64,000 nt of DNA from Candidatus Aminicenantes bacterium (GCA_016927475.1 JAFGMO010000082.1:13564-77563); one strand, 5' to 3'; shown: positions 29,626 to 40,758, numbered from the stretch's first letter. Numbers and translations are program-made. Notes: generated from the letters alone by a model not told the origin.

Positions 29626-30990
29626 GTGGATCTTGATCTCCTGTTCTTGAAAAAAACGCCTCCGCACAGCCAGGAGACTGAAAAAACGGTTCTGGGAGGC
29701 ATCCTTGTCAACAATAAAAACCTGAATGTTGTTCTTTCTGTTGTAACGCCTGATGATTTTTACAAGGATGCAAACCGGGAAATTCTGAACAAAATCATTC
29801 AGTTGGTCGACAAGAATATTCCTGTTGATCTTATATCGTTAACGGAGGAACTCCAAAAAGTCGGCCAATTGGAAGAAGTTGGAGGAGCCGCCTACCTTTC
29901 TTCTCTTATGGACGGAGTCCCGCGAAGCTTGAATATTGAATACCATGCCCGGATCATCAAAGAAAAGGCTCTCTTAAGACGTTTGATCCTTTCTTCGGCC
30001 AAAATCATCAATGCAAGTTATGAACAGAAAGAGGATGCCGACCAGCTTCTTAATGAAGCTCAATCTTCGATCATCGATGTTGCCGAACAGCGAATCAAGC
30101 CGGGATTTATCCAATTGGGTAGGCTGACCGACTCGACACTCGATTCCATTGATGTTCTGAGGAAACACCGGGATGCCGTCACGGGTATTCCATCCGGATT
30201 CCGGGACCTTGATAACCTGACGGCAGGATTTCATCATTCAGAATTTGTCGTTATCGCAGCCCGGCCGTCAATGGGAAAAACCGCTCTGTGTTTGAACATA
30301 TCACATCATGTTGGTGTTCAAACCGACTATTCCGTCGGCTTTTTTTCGCTTGAGATGGCCAAAGAACAGCTCGTCATCCGCCTTCTTTGTGCCGAAGCGC
30401 TGCTGGATATTCGGGATGTCCGGCGGGGTTTTATCTCCGAGAAGGATTTCAGAAAGCTGCAGATGGCCTCAGCGTCATTATCTCAGGCTAAGTTATTTGT
30501 AGATGAGACGGCCGGCCTCACGGTCATGGAGATGAAGGCCAAAGCCAGACGGTTGAAGATGGAACACAGCCTTGACATTTTGTTTGTGGATTATATGCAG
30601 TTGATGCGGTCAGGCGGAAGGTTTGAAAACAGAACCCAGGAGATGTCATTCATATCCCGTTCTTTGAAAGAACTGGCTAAGGAGATTCAGATCCCTGTCG
30701 TTGGAATTTCTCAGTTAAGCCGGGCCCCCGAAAAAGGACGTCCCAAGGCAATTCCACAGCTTTCCGACCTAAGGGAATCAGGAGCGATAGAACAGGATGC
30801 GGATGTTGTTGTTTTTATTTACAGGCCCGAAATATATAAGCCCGATGATGAATCCATCAAGGGAACAGCGGACCTCCTCATCGCCAAACAGAGAAACGGA
30901 CCGACGGGAAAGGTCCAGCTTGCTTTCTTGAATAAATACGCCCTCTTTAAGGATAGGGCCACGGAACCCTATGAACACCAAAACACCTAA
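29626..30990 (+). CDS. dnaB: Replicative DNA helicase
   Basis: AARPSMGKT, DYMQL, SQLSR, SDLRESGAIEQDAD, AKQRNGPTG. Confidence 0.97.
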   Translation: MDLDLLFLKKTPPHSQETEKTVLGGILVNNKNLNVVLSVVTPDDFYKDANREILNKIIQLVDKNIPVDLISLTEELQKVGQLEEVGGAAYLSSLMDGVPRSLNIEYHARIIKEKALLRRLILSSAKIINASYEQKEDADQLLNEAQSSIIDVAEQRIKPGFIQLGRLTDSTLDSIDVLRKHRDAVTGIPSGFRDLDNLTAGFHHSEFVVIAARPSMGKTALCLNISHHVGVQTDYSVGFFSLEMAKEQLVIRLLCAEALLDIRDVRRGFISEKDFRKLQMASASLSQAKLFVDETAGLTVMEMKAKARRLKMEHSLDILFVDYMQLMRSGGRFENRTQEMSFISRSLKELAKEIQIPVVGISQLSRAPEKGRPKAIPQLSDLRESGAIEQDADVVVFIYRPEIYKPDDESIKGTADLLIAKQRNGPTGKVQLAFLNKYALFKDRATEPYEHQNT

Positions 30991-31777
30991 TGGTCCTTTA
31001 TCTCCAGGGAATGTTTTTAGGCGATTTTTTTTGCTTTTGGGGGACTTTGGTCTGGTTTTTTTTCAAACCCTGAGAAATATCTTCCGCAAACCTTTGGAAA
31101 AAAATATATTTCTTCAGCAGCTTGAAGAAGTAGGTGTCCGGTCTCTTCCTGTTGTCATCCTTACATCAGCCTTCGGCGGACTTGTTTTCAGCTTGCAGAC
31201 CTATGTCGGATTTCACCGCTATGTCGGTCCGGGTTCGGAAGCCTACGGTGGGCCGATTATTTCCCTGGGATTGTGCAAAGAATTTATCCCGATCCTGGTG
31301 GGACTAATGGTGTCCGGCCGGGTGGGGTCAGCTATGGCCGCTGAGATCGGGACCATGAAGATCACGGAACAAATAGATGCCCTTTACAGCCTGGGTGCGG
31401 ATCCCAACAAATATTTGGTGGTTCCCCGCACACTAGCCTGTATTTTTATGCTCCCTTGCCTGACACTGTTCGGTGATGCTATCGGAATAACTGCAGGATA
31501 TTTCTACAACGTCGTTTTGATGAAAGTAAACGGAGTGGTTTATCTGAGAAACACACTCATTTATCTGGAGTTATGGGATATCCTCAGCGGCCTGATCAAA
31601 GCCGCCTTTTTTGGTCTTATCATTGCTATTGTCGGCTGTTGGCAGGGCATGAAAACCGAGGGAGGGGCTAAGGGTGTAGGCAAAGCAACGACGGTAACGG
31701 TCGTTGTTGCCAGTATAAGCATACTCATCGTCAATTTTTTTCTCAGCAAGGCCCTTCCTGCAACTTTAAGCCAATGA
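30971..31777 (+). CDS. mlaE: Mla/Mce ABC permease
   Basis: GRVGSAMAAEIGTMKITEQIDAL, YLVVPR, GVGKATT. Confidence 0.92.
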   Translation: MNTKTPNGPLSPGNVFRRFFLLLGDFGLVFFQTLRNIFRKPLEKNIFLQQLEEVGVRSLPVVILTSAFGGLVFSLQTYVGFHRYVGPGSEAYGGPIISLGLCKEFIPILVGLMVSGRVGSAMAAEIGTMKITEQIDALYSLGADPNKYLVVPRTLACIFMLPCLTLFGDAIGITAGYFYNVVLMKVNGVVYLRNTLIYLELWDILSGLIKAAFFGLIIAIVGCWQGMKTEGGAKGVGKATTVTVVVASISILIVNFFLSKALPATLSQ

Positions 31778-32520
31778 TCCGGATAGAAAACCTTCACAAA
31801 TCATTTGGGAACAACAAGGTTCTTCTTGGAATAAACCTGAAGATAGAAAAGGGTGAGTCGATGTGCATCATAGGACAGAGCGGTTCGGGGAAGAGCGTCC
31901 TCATCAAGCATATGATAGGGCTCTTGAAACCGGATGAGGGGAAAATATTTATCGATGGAATGGAGGTCACAGGACTGGGTGAGAGGGAGTGGATGTCGGT
32001 CAGGAAAAAATTCGGAATGCTTTTTCAAGGAGCCGCTTTGTTTGATTCTCTGACCGTCGGACAGAACGTTAGGTTTGGATTGGAACGGTACACCGACTAT
32101 TCCGATACGCACATCGACGAGATTGTTCGGGACAGCCTGGAAAAAGTCGGCCTGATCGGGATAGAACATCTCATGCCTCATGAGCTCAGCGGAGGCATGA
32201 AAAAAAGAGTTGCCTTAGCCAGGGCCATAGCCTACAGCCCCGAGATTGTTCTTTACGACGAACCGTCGACGGGAATCGATCCCATCCGGGCAGACGCCAT
32301 CAACGATATGATCATCATGTTGAAAAAGGAAATGAAGATTACTTCTGTTGTGATCACCCATGATATTATCAGTGCTTATAAGGTTTCGGATAGAATAGCC
32401 ATGCTCTACCAAGGAAAAATCATTCAGACGGGAAGTCCCGAAGATATCCGACATTCGGATCATCCCGTTATCCAGCAGTTTATAAAAGGGGAAGCTCAGG
32501 GGCCTATTGAAAATTGGTAA
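31774..32520 (+). CDS. mlaF: Mla/Mce ABC ATPase
   Basis: GQSGSGKS, FQGAALFDSLTV, LSGGMKKRVALARA, YDEP. Confidence 0.92.
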   Translation: MIRIENLHKSFGNNKVLLGINLKIEKGESMCIIGQSGSGKSVLIKHMIGLLKPDEGKIFIDGMEVTGLGEREWMSVRKKFGMLFQGAALFDSLTVGQNVRFGLERYTDYSDTHIDEIVRDSLEKVGLIGIEHLMPHELSGGMKKRVALARAIAYSPEIVLYDEPSTGIDPIRADAINDMIIMLKKEMKITSVVITHDIISAYKVSDRIAMLYQGKIIQTGSPEDIRHSDHPVIQQFIKGEAQGPIENW

Positions 32521-32544
32521 AGAATAATGTTAAAAAAGGAACAG

Positions 32545-32603
32545 AAAAGCCTGATTCCGGCTTTTTTCCGGAAAACGAAACAGGGGTGAAAAACCCCTTT
32601 TTC
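32545..32603 (+). terminator. Two short hairpins with U-tracts between mlaF and mlaD
   Basis: AAAAGCC-N7-GGCTTTTTT and AGGGG-N7-CCCCTTTTT. Confidence 0.4.
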
Positions 32604-32738
32604 TTTATAAAATTAAAGCAGGTTGTTCCTGTTTTTGCGAAAGAAGAATATGCAGGAAAGAATTGTGGATTTTCTTTATCCCATGCCCAATGATTTTCGG
32701 CATTTATTACGGATTTTACTAGGCAAAAGGACACATCG

Positions 32739-34046
32739 ATGAAGCGGGAGATGAAAATCGGTATTTTTATGGGAATGGTTTTACTGGTTATGGCTGTTCT
32801 CATTATTATTATCGGAGACATGAGTTCCCTCTTCAAGAAACGGGGCTATCCGCTTTATGTCCTGTTTGACTCCGCGGCTGGATTGGAAAAAAGTGCTATG
32901 GTGAGGATGGCCGGCGTGAGAATCGGTACGGTGGATGGGATCCGTCTTCATGGGATGCAGGCACAGGCAATCCTTAGAATCAATCAGGATGTCCATATCC
33001 GGAAAAAATCTCAGGCGACATTGGCAGCTTTGGGACTCTTGGGAGAAAAATATATAGAAATCCTTCCTGGGGATGGGGAGGGTTTTTATCAAGCCGGTGA
33101 TTATTTAGAAGGCATCAGCGCCGTCAGTTTCGACCAACTTGGAACCCTTTTGTTGTCCATCGGCTCGGAAATACAGGAAGCAGGAAAGGCGGTTAAAGAA
33201 TTGATTGGGGAAGAAGGGGGGCAGGAAAATTTTCGAAATACTCTTGATAACCTGTCAACATTTACAGCCGATTTGAAAGATTTTTTTGCCCGGAACAGAC
33301 AGGAATTGACCACCGGTATTAAAGATTCAAGTGAGGTCATAGCAAAGTTAGAGGATAGGCTGGATGATCTTTCTGATAGTTTGGACAGGTTGATGGAGTC
33401 GGTGCGCCAGGTTATCGACGAGAACCGGGAAAATGTCAAAACGAACCTGGAAAACATAAAAGAACTTATTTCTCAAACGGAGAAAGCATTAAATCTTTTG
33501 AATGATTCCCTGAAAAAAATCAACCGAGGTGAGGGAACGTTGGGAAAACTTATCCACGAAGAAGACCTTCACGAAAAAGCCGAAAGTGCCGTGAATAATG
33601 TTAGCCGGCTGGCTGCCCCTGTTGCCTCGATGCGTTTTCTTACCGATTTCCGTATGGACTACCTCGCTGACAGCGGGAAACTTAAGGGTTTTCTCAACCT
33701 GGAATTCTGGTGGGGAGATAAAGGTTTTTTACTGGCTCAGATTGTTCAAGATCCCGGGGAAGAAGATTTTGATTATTCCCTCCAAGGTGGATACCGATGG
33801 GGATCCGTAGCACCGAGGGCGGGTATATTTGAGTCTTATATCGGAGTGGGCTTAGATATTTATTTTTTAGAGGATAGATTCAGGTTCAGTGTGGATGGAT
33901 ATGATTTCAACAGGAAACCCCGTCCTCAATTCCGGTTGACGACCCGGTTTAACGCGACGAAGCATATTTATCTTTTTTTGGGTCTTGAAAATTTCACGCT
34001 TGCCCCTGATAGGGAATTTTTCTTTGGATTGGGATTGGGAATTTGA
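32739..34046 (+). CDS. mlaD: MlaD/MCE protein with coiled coil and C-terminal beta-rich domain
   Basis: F.SAAGL...VRMAGVRIG.V, GLLGEKYIEI.PG, GEGTLGKLI. Confidence 0.88.
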   Translation: MKREMKIGIFMGMVLLVMAVLIIIIGDMSSLFKKRGYPLYVLFDSAAGLEKSAMVRMAGVRIGTVDGIRLHGMQAQAILRINQDVHIRKKSQATLAALGLLGEKYIEILPGDGEGFYQAGDYLEGISAVSFDQLGTLLLSIGSEIQEAGKAVKELIGEEGGQENFRNTLDNLSTFTADLKDFFARNRQELTTGIKDSSEVIAKLEDRLDDLSDSLDRLMESVRQVIDENRENVKTNLENIKELISQTEKALNLLNDSLKKINRGEGTLGKLIHEEDLHEKAESAVNNVSRLAAPVASMRFLTDFRMDYLADSGKLKGFLNLEFWWGDKGFLLAQIVQDPGEEDFDYSLQGGYRWGSVAPRAGIFESYIGVGLDIYFLEDRFRFSVDGYDFNRKPRPQFRLTTRFNATKHIYLFLGLENFTLAPDREFFFGLGLGI

Positions 34047-35401
34047 AAAAAACAAAATCTGTTTATACGTGTCAGGCATGCGGATTCCAAACGCCCAAGT
34101 GGGTGGGCCGGTGTCCCAGTTGCGGGGAATGGGAGACCATGATCGAAGAGATCTCGGAAACGGTGGAAACGGATGTGAGATTATCCACCGCCGCGCCCGT
34201 TCTTTATGAAAACATTGAAGAGAGTGAAAAAAAACGCATTCAAACGGATATTAATGAATTGAATCGTGTTCTTGGCGGGGGGGTGGTTCTCGGCTCATTG
34301 GTTTTGATCGGCGGAGAACCTGGAATCGGAAAATCAACATTGCTTCTTCAATTAAGCGGAGAGTTTGCCGCCAAAGACAGGAAAGTCCTTTATGTTTCCG
34401 GAGAAGAATCTCTGGAACAGATAAAGATCAGGGGGGAAAGAATCGGTTTGAAGAAAGGGGATCTTTTTTTGCTTGCGGAGACGAATCTGGAAAGAATTAT
34501 CCTTCAAGCAGAAAAGTTGAAACCGGAGATTTTTATTCTGGATTCTGTTCAGACCGTATTTTCTTCGACTTTGACATCGAGCCCGGGAACGATCAGCCAA
34601 GTTCGGGAAGTTGCGCATAAGGTATTTCATTTTGCAAAAACGAAGAAGGTTCCTTCTTTTCTTGTGGGCCACATCACCAAAGAAGGATCTCTTGCGGGAC
34701 CTAAAGCGTTGGAGCATATGGTGGACGTTGTTCTTTATTTTGAAGGGGATAGAGATCATAACCACCGGGTGCTGCGGGCATTCAAGAACCGTTTCGGTTC
34801 GGTCTCTGAATTGGGGGTTTTCGAGATGCGCGGTACGGGGCTGCATGCAGTTGAGAATCCATCCGCTTTTTTTTTGAAGGAACGGTCGCGTGAAGCGGTG
34901 GGAAGCGCGGTCGTTTGCACCATAAAAGGATCTCGTCCCCTGCTGGCTGAAATCCAGGCGCTTGTTTCATCAACTCTGTTTGTCGGAAGTCCGCGGCGCA
35001 TGACAATAGGTCTCGATCACTACCGCGCCTCCATGCTGCTGGCGATCCTTGAAAAAAACCTGGGATACGGTTTTTCCGGCGAAGATATATATTTGAATGT
35101 CGCAGGAGGTCTTTCTTTAGATGAGACTGCGTCGGATTTAGGTGTGGTCGTCGCCGTGATTTCATGTATGAAAAATAAGCCTGTTCCTCCCGAAATTTGT
35201 GTTTTTGGAGAGGTGGGACTGAGCGGCGAAATCCGTTCCGTGAGCCAGCCGATGGCGCGTATAAAAGAGGCGCAGTCCCAGGGATTCACCAAAATTTTTC
35301 TTCCTGAAAACAATCTATCCCGGATTGAAAAAAGAGAAGTAAAGGGAGTGACACTAGGCGGTGTACACAATGTAAAAGATACATTGATGAATATATTTTA
35401 A
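34043..35401 (+). CDS. radA: DNA repair protein RadA/Sms
   Basis: CQACG...WVGRCPSCGEW, GGEPGIGKSTL, KNRFG. Confidence 0.97.
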   Translation: MKKTKSVYTCQACGFQTPKWVGRCPSCGEWETMIEEISETVETDVRLSTAAPVLYENIEESEKKRIQTDINELNRVLGGGVVLGSLVLIGGEPGIGKSTLLLQLSGEFAAKDRKVLYVSGEESLEQIKIRGERIGLKKGDLFLLAETNLERIILQAEKLKPEIFILDSVQTVFSSTLTSSPGTISQVREVAHKVFHFAKTKKVPSFLVGHITKEGSLAGPKALEHMVDVVLYFEGDRDHNHRVLRAFKNRFGSVSELGVFEMRGTGLHAVENPSAFFLKERSREAVGSAVVCTIKGSRPLLAEIQALVSSTLFVGSPRRMTIGLDHYRASMLLAILEKNLGYGFSGEDIYLNVAGGLSLDETASDLGVVVAVISCMKNKPVPPEICVFGEVGLSGEIRSVSQPMARIKEAQSQGFTKIFLPENNLSRIEKREVKGVTLGGVHNVKDTLMNIF

Positions 35402-35412
35402 GGATAGATATT

Positions 35413-36402
35413 ATGGGTAATATTATTTTTCGCATTATTCTTGTCGTTTCCGTCTCGGCGGCGGGCTATTTTTTGCCACCGTTTCATTTTTCACCTTATG
35501 CCGGGGCCGGACTCGGATTGATTTTGGGCCTTTTTTTTCTTTTTCTTGAGTACAGAATACGAAAGTCGGATTTCAAAATCGTCTGGAGTACCGCCGCGGG
35601 CACATTTTTAGGACTGATCGTAGCCTGGGTTGCAGGTTTGCTCTACGGGATTATCGCACCGGATGCCGTGACAACGTCTTTTATCCGAATCTCTTTGCTT
35701 ATCATTTTGCCGGCAGTCGGTTTTCTCATCGGATCCCAACGTTTTGAGTGGTTTGATCCCCTCCAATTGGTCCATTTTTTCAAAGAGAAAAAAGTAGGGG
35801 GCAGTGTCAAAATCCTGGATACGAGTGTCATCATCGATGGAAGAATCGTAGAGATTTGCGATACGGGATTTATCGAAGGATCACTCATTCTTCCTCAGTT
35901 TATTTTGAAAGAACTTCAGCTTGTTGCGGATTCCTCCGATTCGGTAAAGCGACAGAGGGGACGAAGGGGATTGGATGTTTTAGACCGGCTTCAAAAATCA
36001 TCACAGGTGACTGTCGTCATTTCTGAATTGGATTTTGTCGAGATAAAGGAAGTGGATTCCAAGTTGATTGAGTTAGCCAAGCATCTGGATGCCAAAATAA
36101 TCACCAATGATTTTAACCTTAATAAAATTGCACAGCTGCAGGGGATTCCCGTGCTAAATATTAATGAACTGGCCAATTCACTGAAACCGGTCGTCCTTCC
36201 CGGAGAATCCATACGTGTTTTCATTCTGAAGGAGGGAAAAGAAAAGGACCAGGGTGTTGCTTATCTTGATGACGGAACGATGGTGGTCGTTGATAATTCC
36301 CGTAAAATGATCGGACAAAATATAGACGTCACGGTTACTTCTGTTCTTCAGACCACCGTCGGGAAAATGATATTCGGGCGCTATAACGAAGATTCACCAT
36401 GA
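35413..36402 (+). CDS. PIN/TRAM domain membrane protein (YacL-like)
   Basis: LDTSVIIDGRI, TNDFNLNK, GVAYLDDGTMVVV, VTSVLQT. Confidence 0.93.
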   Translation: MGNIIFRIILVVSVSAAGYFLPPFHFSPYAGAGLGLILGLFFLFLEYRIRKSDFKIVWSTAAGTFLGLIVAWVAGLLYGIIAPDAVTTSFIRISLLIILPAVGFLIGSQRFEWFDPLQLVHFFKEKKVGGSVKILDTSVIIDGRIVEICDTGFIEGSLILPQFILKELQLVADSSDSVKRQRGRRGLDVLDRLQKSSQVTVVISELDFVEIKEVDSKLIELAKHLDAKIITNDFNLNKIAQLQGIPVLNINELANSLKPVVLPGESIRVFILKEGKEKDQGVAYLDDGTMVVVDNSRKMIGQNIDVTVTSVLQTTVGKMIFGRYNEDSP

Positions 36403-37064
36403 ATGATGTTTTTGCCGTCATCGCTGCTGCAGGAGAAGGGGAACGTTTCGGGGAACAAAAACAGTTTGTCCGATTACGGGGAAAAGAGATATTGGAGCAC
36501 TGCCTTGAAGTTTTTGAAGAACATACGGAAATCGATGGTATCGTTCTGGTTCTGAAAGATGTTACCAAAGAAGACTTTTATAAAAGCCGATTTAAAAAGA
36601 TTTTTGCTGTAGTCCAAGGAGGAAATAAAAGACAGGAATCCGTTTTTTCCGGGTTAAAGGTGATTTCCACAAGAGAGGAAAACCTGGTTCTGGTGCATGA
36701 CGGTGTGCGTCCCCTGGTGACAAATGATCTGATCAGCCGTGTGCTTCATGCCGCACGAAAACATGGAGCGGCGATTCCTGTTCTTCCGGTCGTGGAAACG
36801 GTAAAACGTGTTCAAAGGGAGATCGTTGTGGAAACTCTGGACAGGCGGCTGCTGATGAGGGTTCAAACGCCTCAGGGTTTTCATCTCAAGATCTTGAAAG
36901 AGGCTTTTGATAGAGCCCGGGCTGAACATTTTTACGGCACAGACGAAGCTTCTCTTGTAGAAAAAAGTGGATTCAAGGTTTTTACCGTCCCCGGAGACCC
37001 GCAGAATATCAAGATAACGACGCCTTTGGACGTCAAATTTGTGGAGGCATTTTTTGTCGGATAG
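36399..37064 (+). CDS. ispD: MEP cytidylyltransferase
   Basis: AAGEGERFG..KQF, VHDGVRP, QTPQGF, NIKITTP.D. Confidence 0.95.
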   Translation: MNDVFAVIAAAGEGERFGEQKQFVRLRGKEILEHCLEVFEEHTEIDGIVLVLKDVTKEDFYKSRFKKIFAVVQGGNKRQESVFSGLKVISTREENLVLVHDGVRPLVTNDLISRVLHAARKHGAAIPVLPVVETVKRVQREIVVETLDRRLLMRVQTPQGFHLKILKEAFDRARAEHFYGTDEASLVEKSGFKVFTVPGDPQNIKITTPLDVKFVEAFFVG

Positions 37065-37542
37065 GATAGGTCTCGGTTACGATATCCACAGGATGGAGAA
37101 AGGACGCCCCTTGATCTTGGGAGGCGTCGAGATTCCTTTCACCCGGGGACTTATGGGACACTCCGATGGAGATGCGTTGATCCATGCATTGATCGACGGT
37201 CTTCTCGGTGCTATGGGAGAGGGTGATATCGGCACATGGTTTCCAGACACCGATCCCGCCTATAAGGATATACGAAGTACGGAGCTGTTGAAAAGAATTA
37301 TGCAGAGAGTCAGGGAGCGTGGTTTTTCGGTAATTCATGTTGATTCTATTGTCATTGCCGAGGAACCAAAGCTGTATCCTTTCATCAAACACATGAAGGA
37401 AGAACTTTCATCCCTGCTGGATGTTCATCCGGATAATATAGGGTTGAAAGCTAAAACGAACGAAGGATTTGGGCCGGTGGGGCAGAAACAAGCAGTCATC
37501 TGCTGGGCCCAGGTTCTCCTTGGAGAAAAGAATCCTGCCTGA
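37054..37542 (+). CDS. ispF: MEcPP synthase
   Basis: RIGLGYDIH, GHSDGD..IHA, GDIG..FPD; TTG start after GGAGG. Confidence 0.95.
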   Translation: MSDRIGLGYDIHRMEKGRPLILGGVEIPFTRGLMGHSDGDALIHALIDGLLGAMGEGDIGTWFPDTDPAYKDIRSTELLKRIMQRVRERGFSVIHVDSIVIAEEPKLYPFIKHMKEELSSLLDVHPDNIGLKAKTNEGFGPVGQKQAVICWAQVLLGEKNPA

Positions 37543-37563
37543 TGAATAACACAGGAGCCTGTG

Positions 37564-40518
37564 CTAATGAGTGGCGGCATTATACCTAGTAGGATCGACG
37601 AAAGTCGTGCGGTTCCGGCCGTTCTGTTTGGAAAGGTACAGAGCTCCGTCAGCGGCCTTGAGGAGAATAGAGGCATTTTGGTTGCGTTGGGGTTTAATCG
37701 TGGCGCAACCCAGGCTTATGGTGACATAAGTAGATATGAGTGAGGTCTCGTGAGGTATCTTTATTCTTTCGATAAGACTGCGGGCTTTTTCGGCCACGCG
37801 ATAGGCACCCTCTTTATCTGTTTCGCTCAGAACCATGACAAATTCATCTCCTCCATAGCGGGCCACCATATCGCTGGAACGCTGGCCGACTTGTTGTAGT
37901 GACACGGCAACTTTACGGAGACAATCATCCCCCGCCATATGCCCGTAGTTATCGTTGTAGAGTTTGAAAAAATCAATATCGATCATTATGAGCGAGATGG
38001 GGAGATATCTTCGAATAGCTCTCTTCCATTCATAGTTTAAAAACTGAGAGAACATACGGTGATTAAAAATGCCGGTTAGATGATCCTGAATGGAAAGACG
38101 TTCCAGTTCTTTGTTTGCTTTTTCCAGCTGAAGGGTTTGTTTTCCTATGAACTCTTTTAACGTTTTTTCTCTTGTTACGAGGTGTCTGACCCGGAGCCTG
38201 AAAAGGCCGAGCCCGACAAGAATGGCGGCCAGGACAGAGATGAGATAAAATAAAAAGGTTTGATGAAAGTGTGCTTTTTGGGTGAACGAAAAGGAGACAC
38301 CGGGATCGGTCCAATTCCCCCCGCCTCGCGATGCCATGACCCTGAAGATGTAATCTCCCGGAGGAAGGTTGGTATAATAGATTGAATTTTTGTTTCTTGC
38401 TTCCATCCAGTCGTTTTCGAAGTTTTCTAATTTGGTTTTGTATTCCGTTTTTTCAGGATAGAGAAAGGTCAGGGCGGCATATCTAAATTCGATCCTGCGG
38501 GTACCCGGTTTCATTTCAAGAGGAGATTTTACTGGAACGGGTTTGCCGTCTACTAGAATTCCTTCAATAATAAGAGGAAGAGCCAATCCGCTGAATTTCA
38601 TTTTATTCCGGTCGATGCCCACTGCACCCCTCATAGTCGGGAACCATAAAGTACCATTTTCAGTTATAAGAGAGGAAGGCTGGGATCCGCCGTTGCATTC
38701 GAGGCTTTTCATCCCGTCGTTGAGGTCGAAAAACCTGGGTTTAAGAGGTATATTCGATGTTCTGTCGTATTGAATAAGGTCTTCCCTTTTAAAATAAAAA
38801 ATTCCCTGGTTCGAGCTCATCCAGAGGTTGTCATCTCCATCTATCCTAACGGAATATATCATGTTGTCTAAAAGTCCGTCGGTTCGTTGATACAAGGTAA
38901 AAATGCCGTCCGAATTGCGATAAAGACCGCGGGGTGTGGCGAACCATAATGTATTTTCTTTGTCGATAAAGAGGTCCAGGATGATCGTATTCCTCAAGGG
39001 AGACAGTGCACCGTATCTCTCAGGGCCTGTTTTGGTGATCTTAAAAACCCCTGTATGAGTTCCCAGCCAGAGAGATCCATGCCGGTCCTCTTTGATACAG
39101 AAAATCATGATTTGGCTGGAATCCTTCGCGAGAGGATAAGGTGTTACGGTGTTCCCTTCTATCTGAAATACTCCGTTGTTGGTTCCCAGCCAGAAAACAC
39201 CTAACCGGTCTTTGTGAATGACACGTATGATTTCGTTTCCCAGTCCTTCCCTGCGTCCGTAGACTTTGACAACCCGCCCGTCGGGCTTCATGCGAGCCAG
39301 GCCTTTGATAGTTCCTATCCATAGGTCGCCCTCTTCTTCCTGATAGATGGAACGGATTACATTACTGGGCAGGCCGTTATCCATGGTGAATGTCTCAATA
39401 GTTTTGCCGCTGATTTTTGACAGACCTCCATTGTTGGTTCCCACCCAGAGATTTTGGTCTTTGTCCTTAAAAATGGTCCAGACTGGATCAACATTCAAAC
39501 CGCTTTCGGTATCGAGAATAGTAATCGTTCGTTCTTTAAGGCGGTTGAGACCGTAATGTGTTCCAATCCAAATGCTGCCTTCTTTATCTTCCAGCAGGGC
39601 AAAAACTTCGTTGTTGGTGAGGCCATCCGAGACGGTGAATGATTCAATTTCTTCCTTGAAAAATCGGAGAAGACCGCTGCGAGTTCCGATCCAAAGGCAC
39701 CCGTCTTTATCTTTCAACAGATAATGAATGACATCATGGCGAAGTTCTTTTGTCAGGATATTTCTTTGTATTTCCCCGTCAGAAAACAAAAAAATTCCCC
39801 GGCCTTCCGTTCCGATCCACATACGACCCGCTTCGTCCATAAGGATACTTGAGATAGCAACATCTTCCAGTCCAAACCGTTGGGGGGGTGCTTGATAGTC
39901 ACCGCCGGGAAATCTTTGTAGTCCTGAACTTGTGACGACCCAAATGTCTCCGGAAGGATCTCTAATAATCTGCCGGACCTGTTGTCCGGCTGAAAAATCA
40001 ATGGGAAAGATTTTTCCGTTTTCAAGGATGTTCAAGCCGTGATTTTCCGTTCCGATCCAGAGTTTCCCGTCGGGAGCTTCTTTCAAGGTGGTTACGAAGT
40101 TGCTGGAAAGCTCATCCTCCAGGTCATATGCTGTAAATTGTTCCTTATTGAAAAAAAGCAGCCCCCCGCCCATTGTTCCGATCCACAACCCTCCGCTGTG
40201 GCTTGAATGAAGGCAGACGATCGAGCTATAATGCATTTCGGTGACATTGGATTCATCAAATATAGTGAAATCATATCCGTTGAAGCGGAGAAGTCCGTGT
40301 TGGGTTCCGAACCAAAGATACCCGTCAGACGTTTGAGCGATGGTTTGGATTTTATTTTCCGGGAGACCGCCTCCGGATGTCCAGGTATTATGGATATACT
40401 GTTTGAAACTTTTTTCGGGGTCTAGAGCCAAAGCTATGGTAGAAGCCATGACAAGAACAAACAGAATATAGAAGCACCTGCAGAATTTTCCCCATATAGG
40501 ATGAAAAAAAGCGGCCAT
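37564..40518 (-). CDS. Membrane-bound diguanylate cyclase with periplasmic beta-propeller (Reg_prop) and Y_Y_Y sensor
   Basis: Signal peptide, about 14 D..G.LWIGT repeats, YTNLPPGDY.F.V, TM helix, D.LTG..N, RSSD I-site, RYGGDEF. Confidence 0.93.
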   Translation of the reverse strand: MAAFFHPIWGKFCRCFYILFVLVMASTIALALDPEKSFKQYIHNTWTSGGGLPENKIQTIAQTSDGYLWFGTQHGLLRFNGYDFTIFDESNVTEMHYSSIVCLHSSHSGGLWIGTMGGGLLFFNKEQFTAYDLEDELSSNFVTTLKEAPDGKLWIGTENHGLNILENGKIFPIDFSAGQQVRQIIRDPSGDIWVVTSSGLQRFPGGDYQAPPQRFGLEDVAISSILMDEAGRMWIGTEGRGIFLFSDGEIQRNILTKELRHDVIHYLLKDKDGCLWIGTRSGLLRFFKEEIESFTVSDGLTNNEVFALLEDKEGSIWIGTHYGLNRLKERTITILDTESGLNVDPVWTIFKDKDQNLWVGTNNGGLSKISGKTIETFTMDNGLPSNVIRSIYQEEEGDLWIGTIKGLARMKPDGRVVKVYGRREGLGNEIIRVIHKDRLGVFWLGTNNGVFQIEGNTVTPYPLAKDSSQIMIFCIKEDRHGSLWLGTHTGVFKITKTGPERYGALSPLRNTIILDLFIDKENTLWFATPRGLYRNSDGIFTLYQRTDGLLDNMIYSVRIDGDDNLWMSSNQGIFYFKREDLIQYDRTSNIPLKPRFFDLNDGMKSLECNGGSQPSSLITENGTLWFPTMRGAVGIDRNKMKFSGLALPLIIEGILVDGKPVPVKSPLEMKPGTRRIEFRYAALTFLYPEKTEYKTKLENFENDWMEARNKNSIYYTNLPPGDYIFRVMASRGGGNWTDPGVSFSFTQKAHFHQTFLFYLISVLAAILVGLGLFRLRVRHLVTREKTLKEFIGKQTLQLEKANKELERLSIQDHLTGIFNHRMFSQFLNYEWKRAIRRYLPISLIMIDIDFFKLYNDNYGHMAGDDCLRKVAVSLQQVGQRSSDMVARYGGDEFVMVLSETDKEGAYRVAEKARSLIERIKIPHETSLISTYVTISLGCATIKPQRNQNASILLKAADGALYLSKQNGRNRTTFVDPTRYNAATH

Positions 40519-40758
40519 CGTCCCCTCATTATATATTATAGAGAGAAAGGAATGTCAAATACTCTGAATGGGTGGATAAGGGTTCATATGTCCCTAAAAC
40601 ATAAGTTGATATAGGGCGATCAATAGTTATGAAACCTATGGAGAAGAAAATGATTGGTGGGGATTAACCTTATGAATTATTGGAAGGATTGACGGAATAT
40701 GAGGGTTGGCCGCAAGACACTTGGTAATCAGGGGAAAAAAACCTTGCGGCCGACCCTC

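Noticed and set aside
37533-37557. TGAATAACACAGG after the ispF stop, similar to the repeat-family terminus
   Set aside because: Single degenerate half with only a 5-bp partner; too weak to count as a sixth copy
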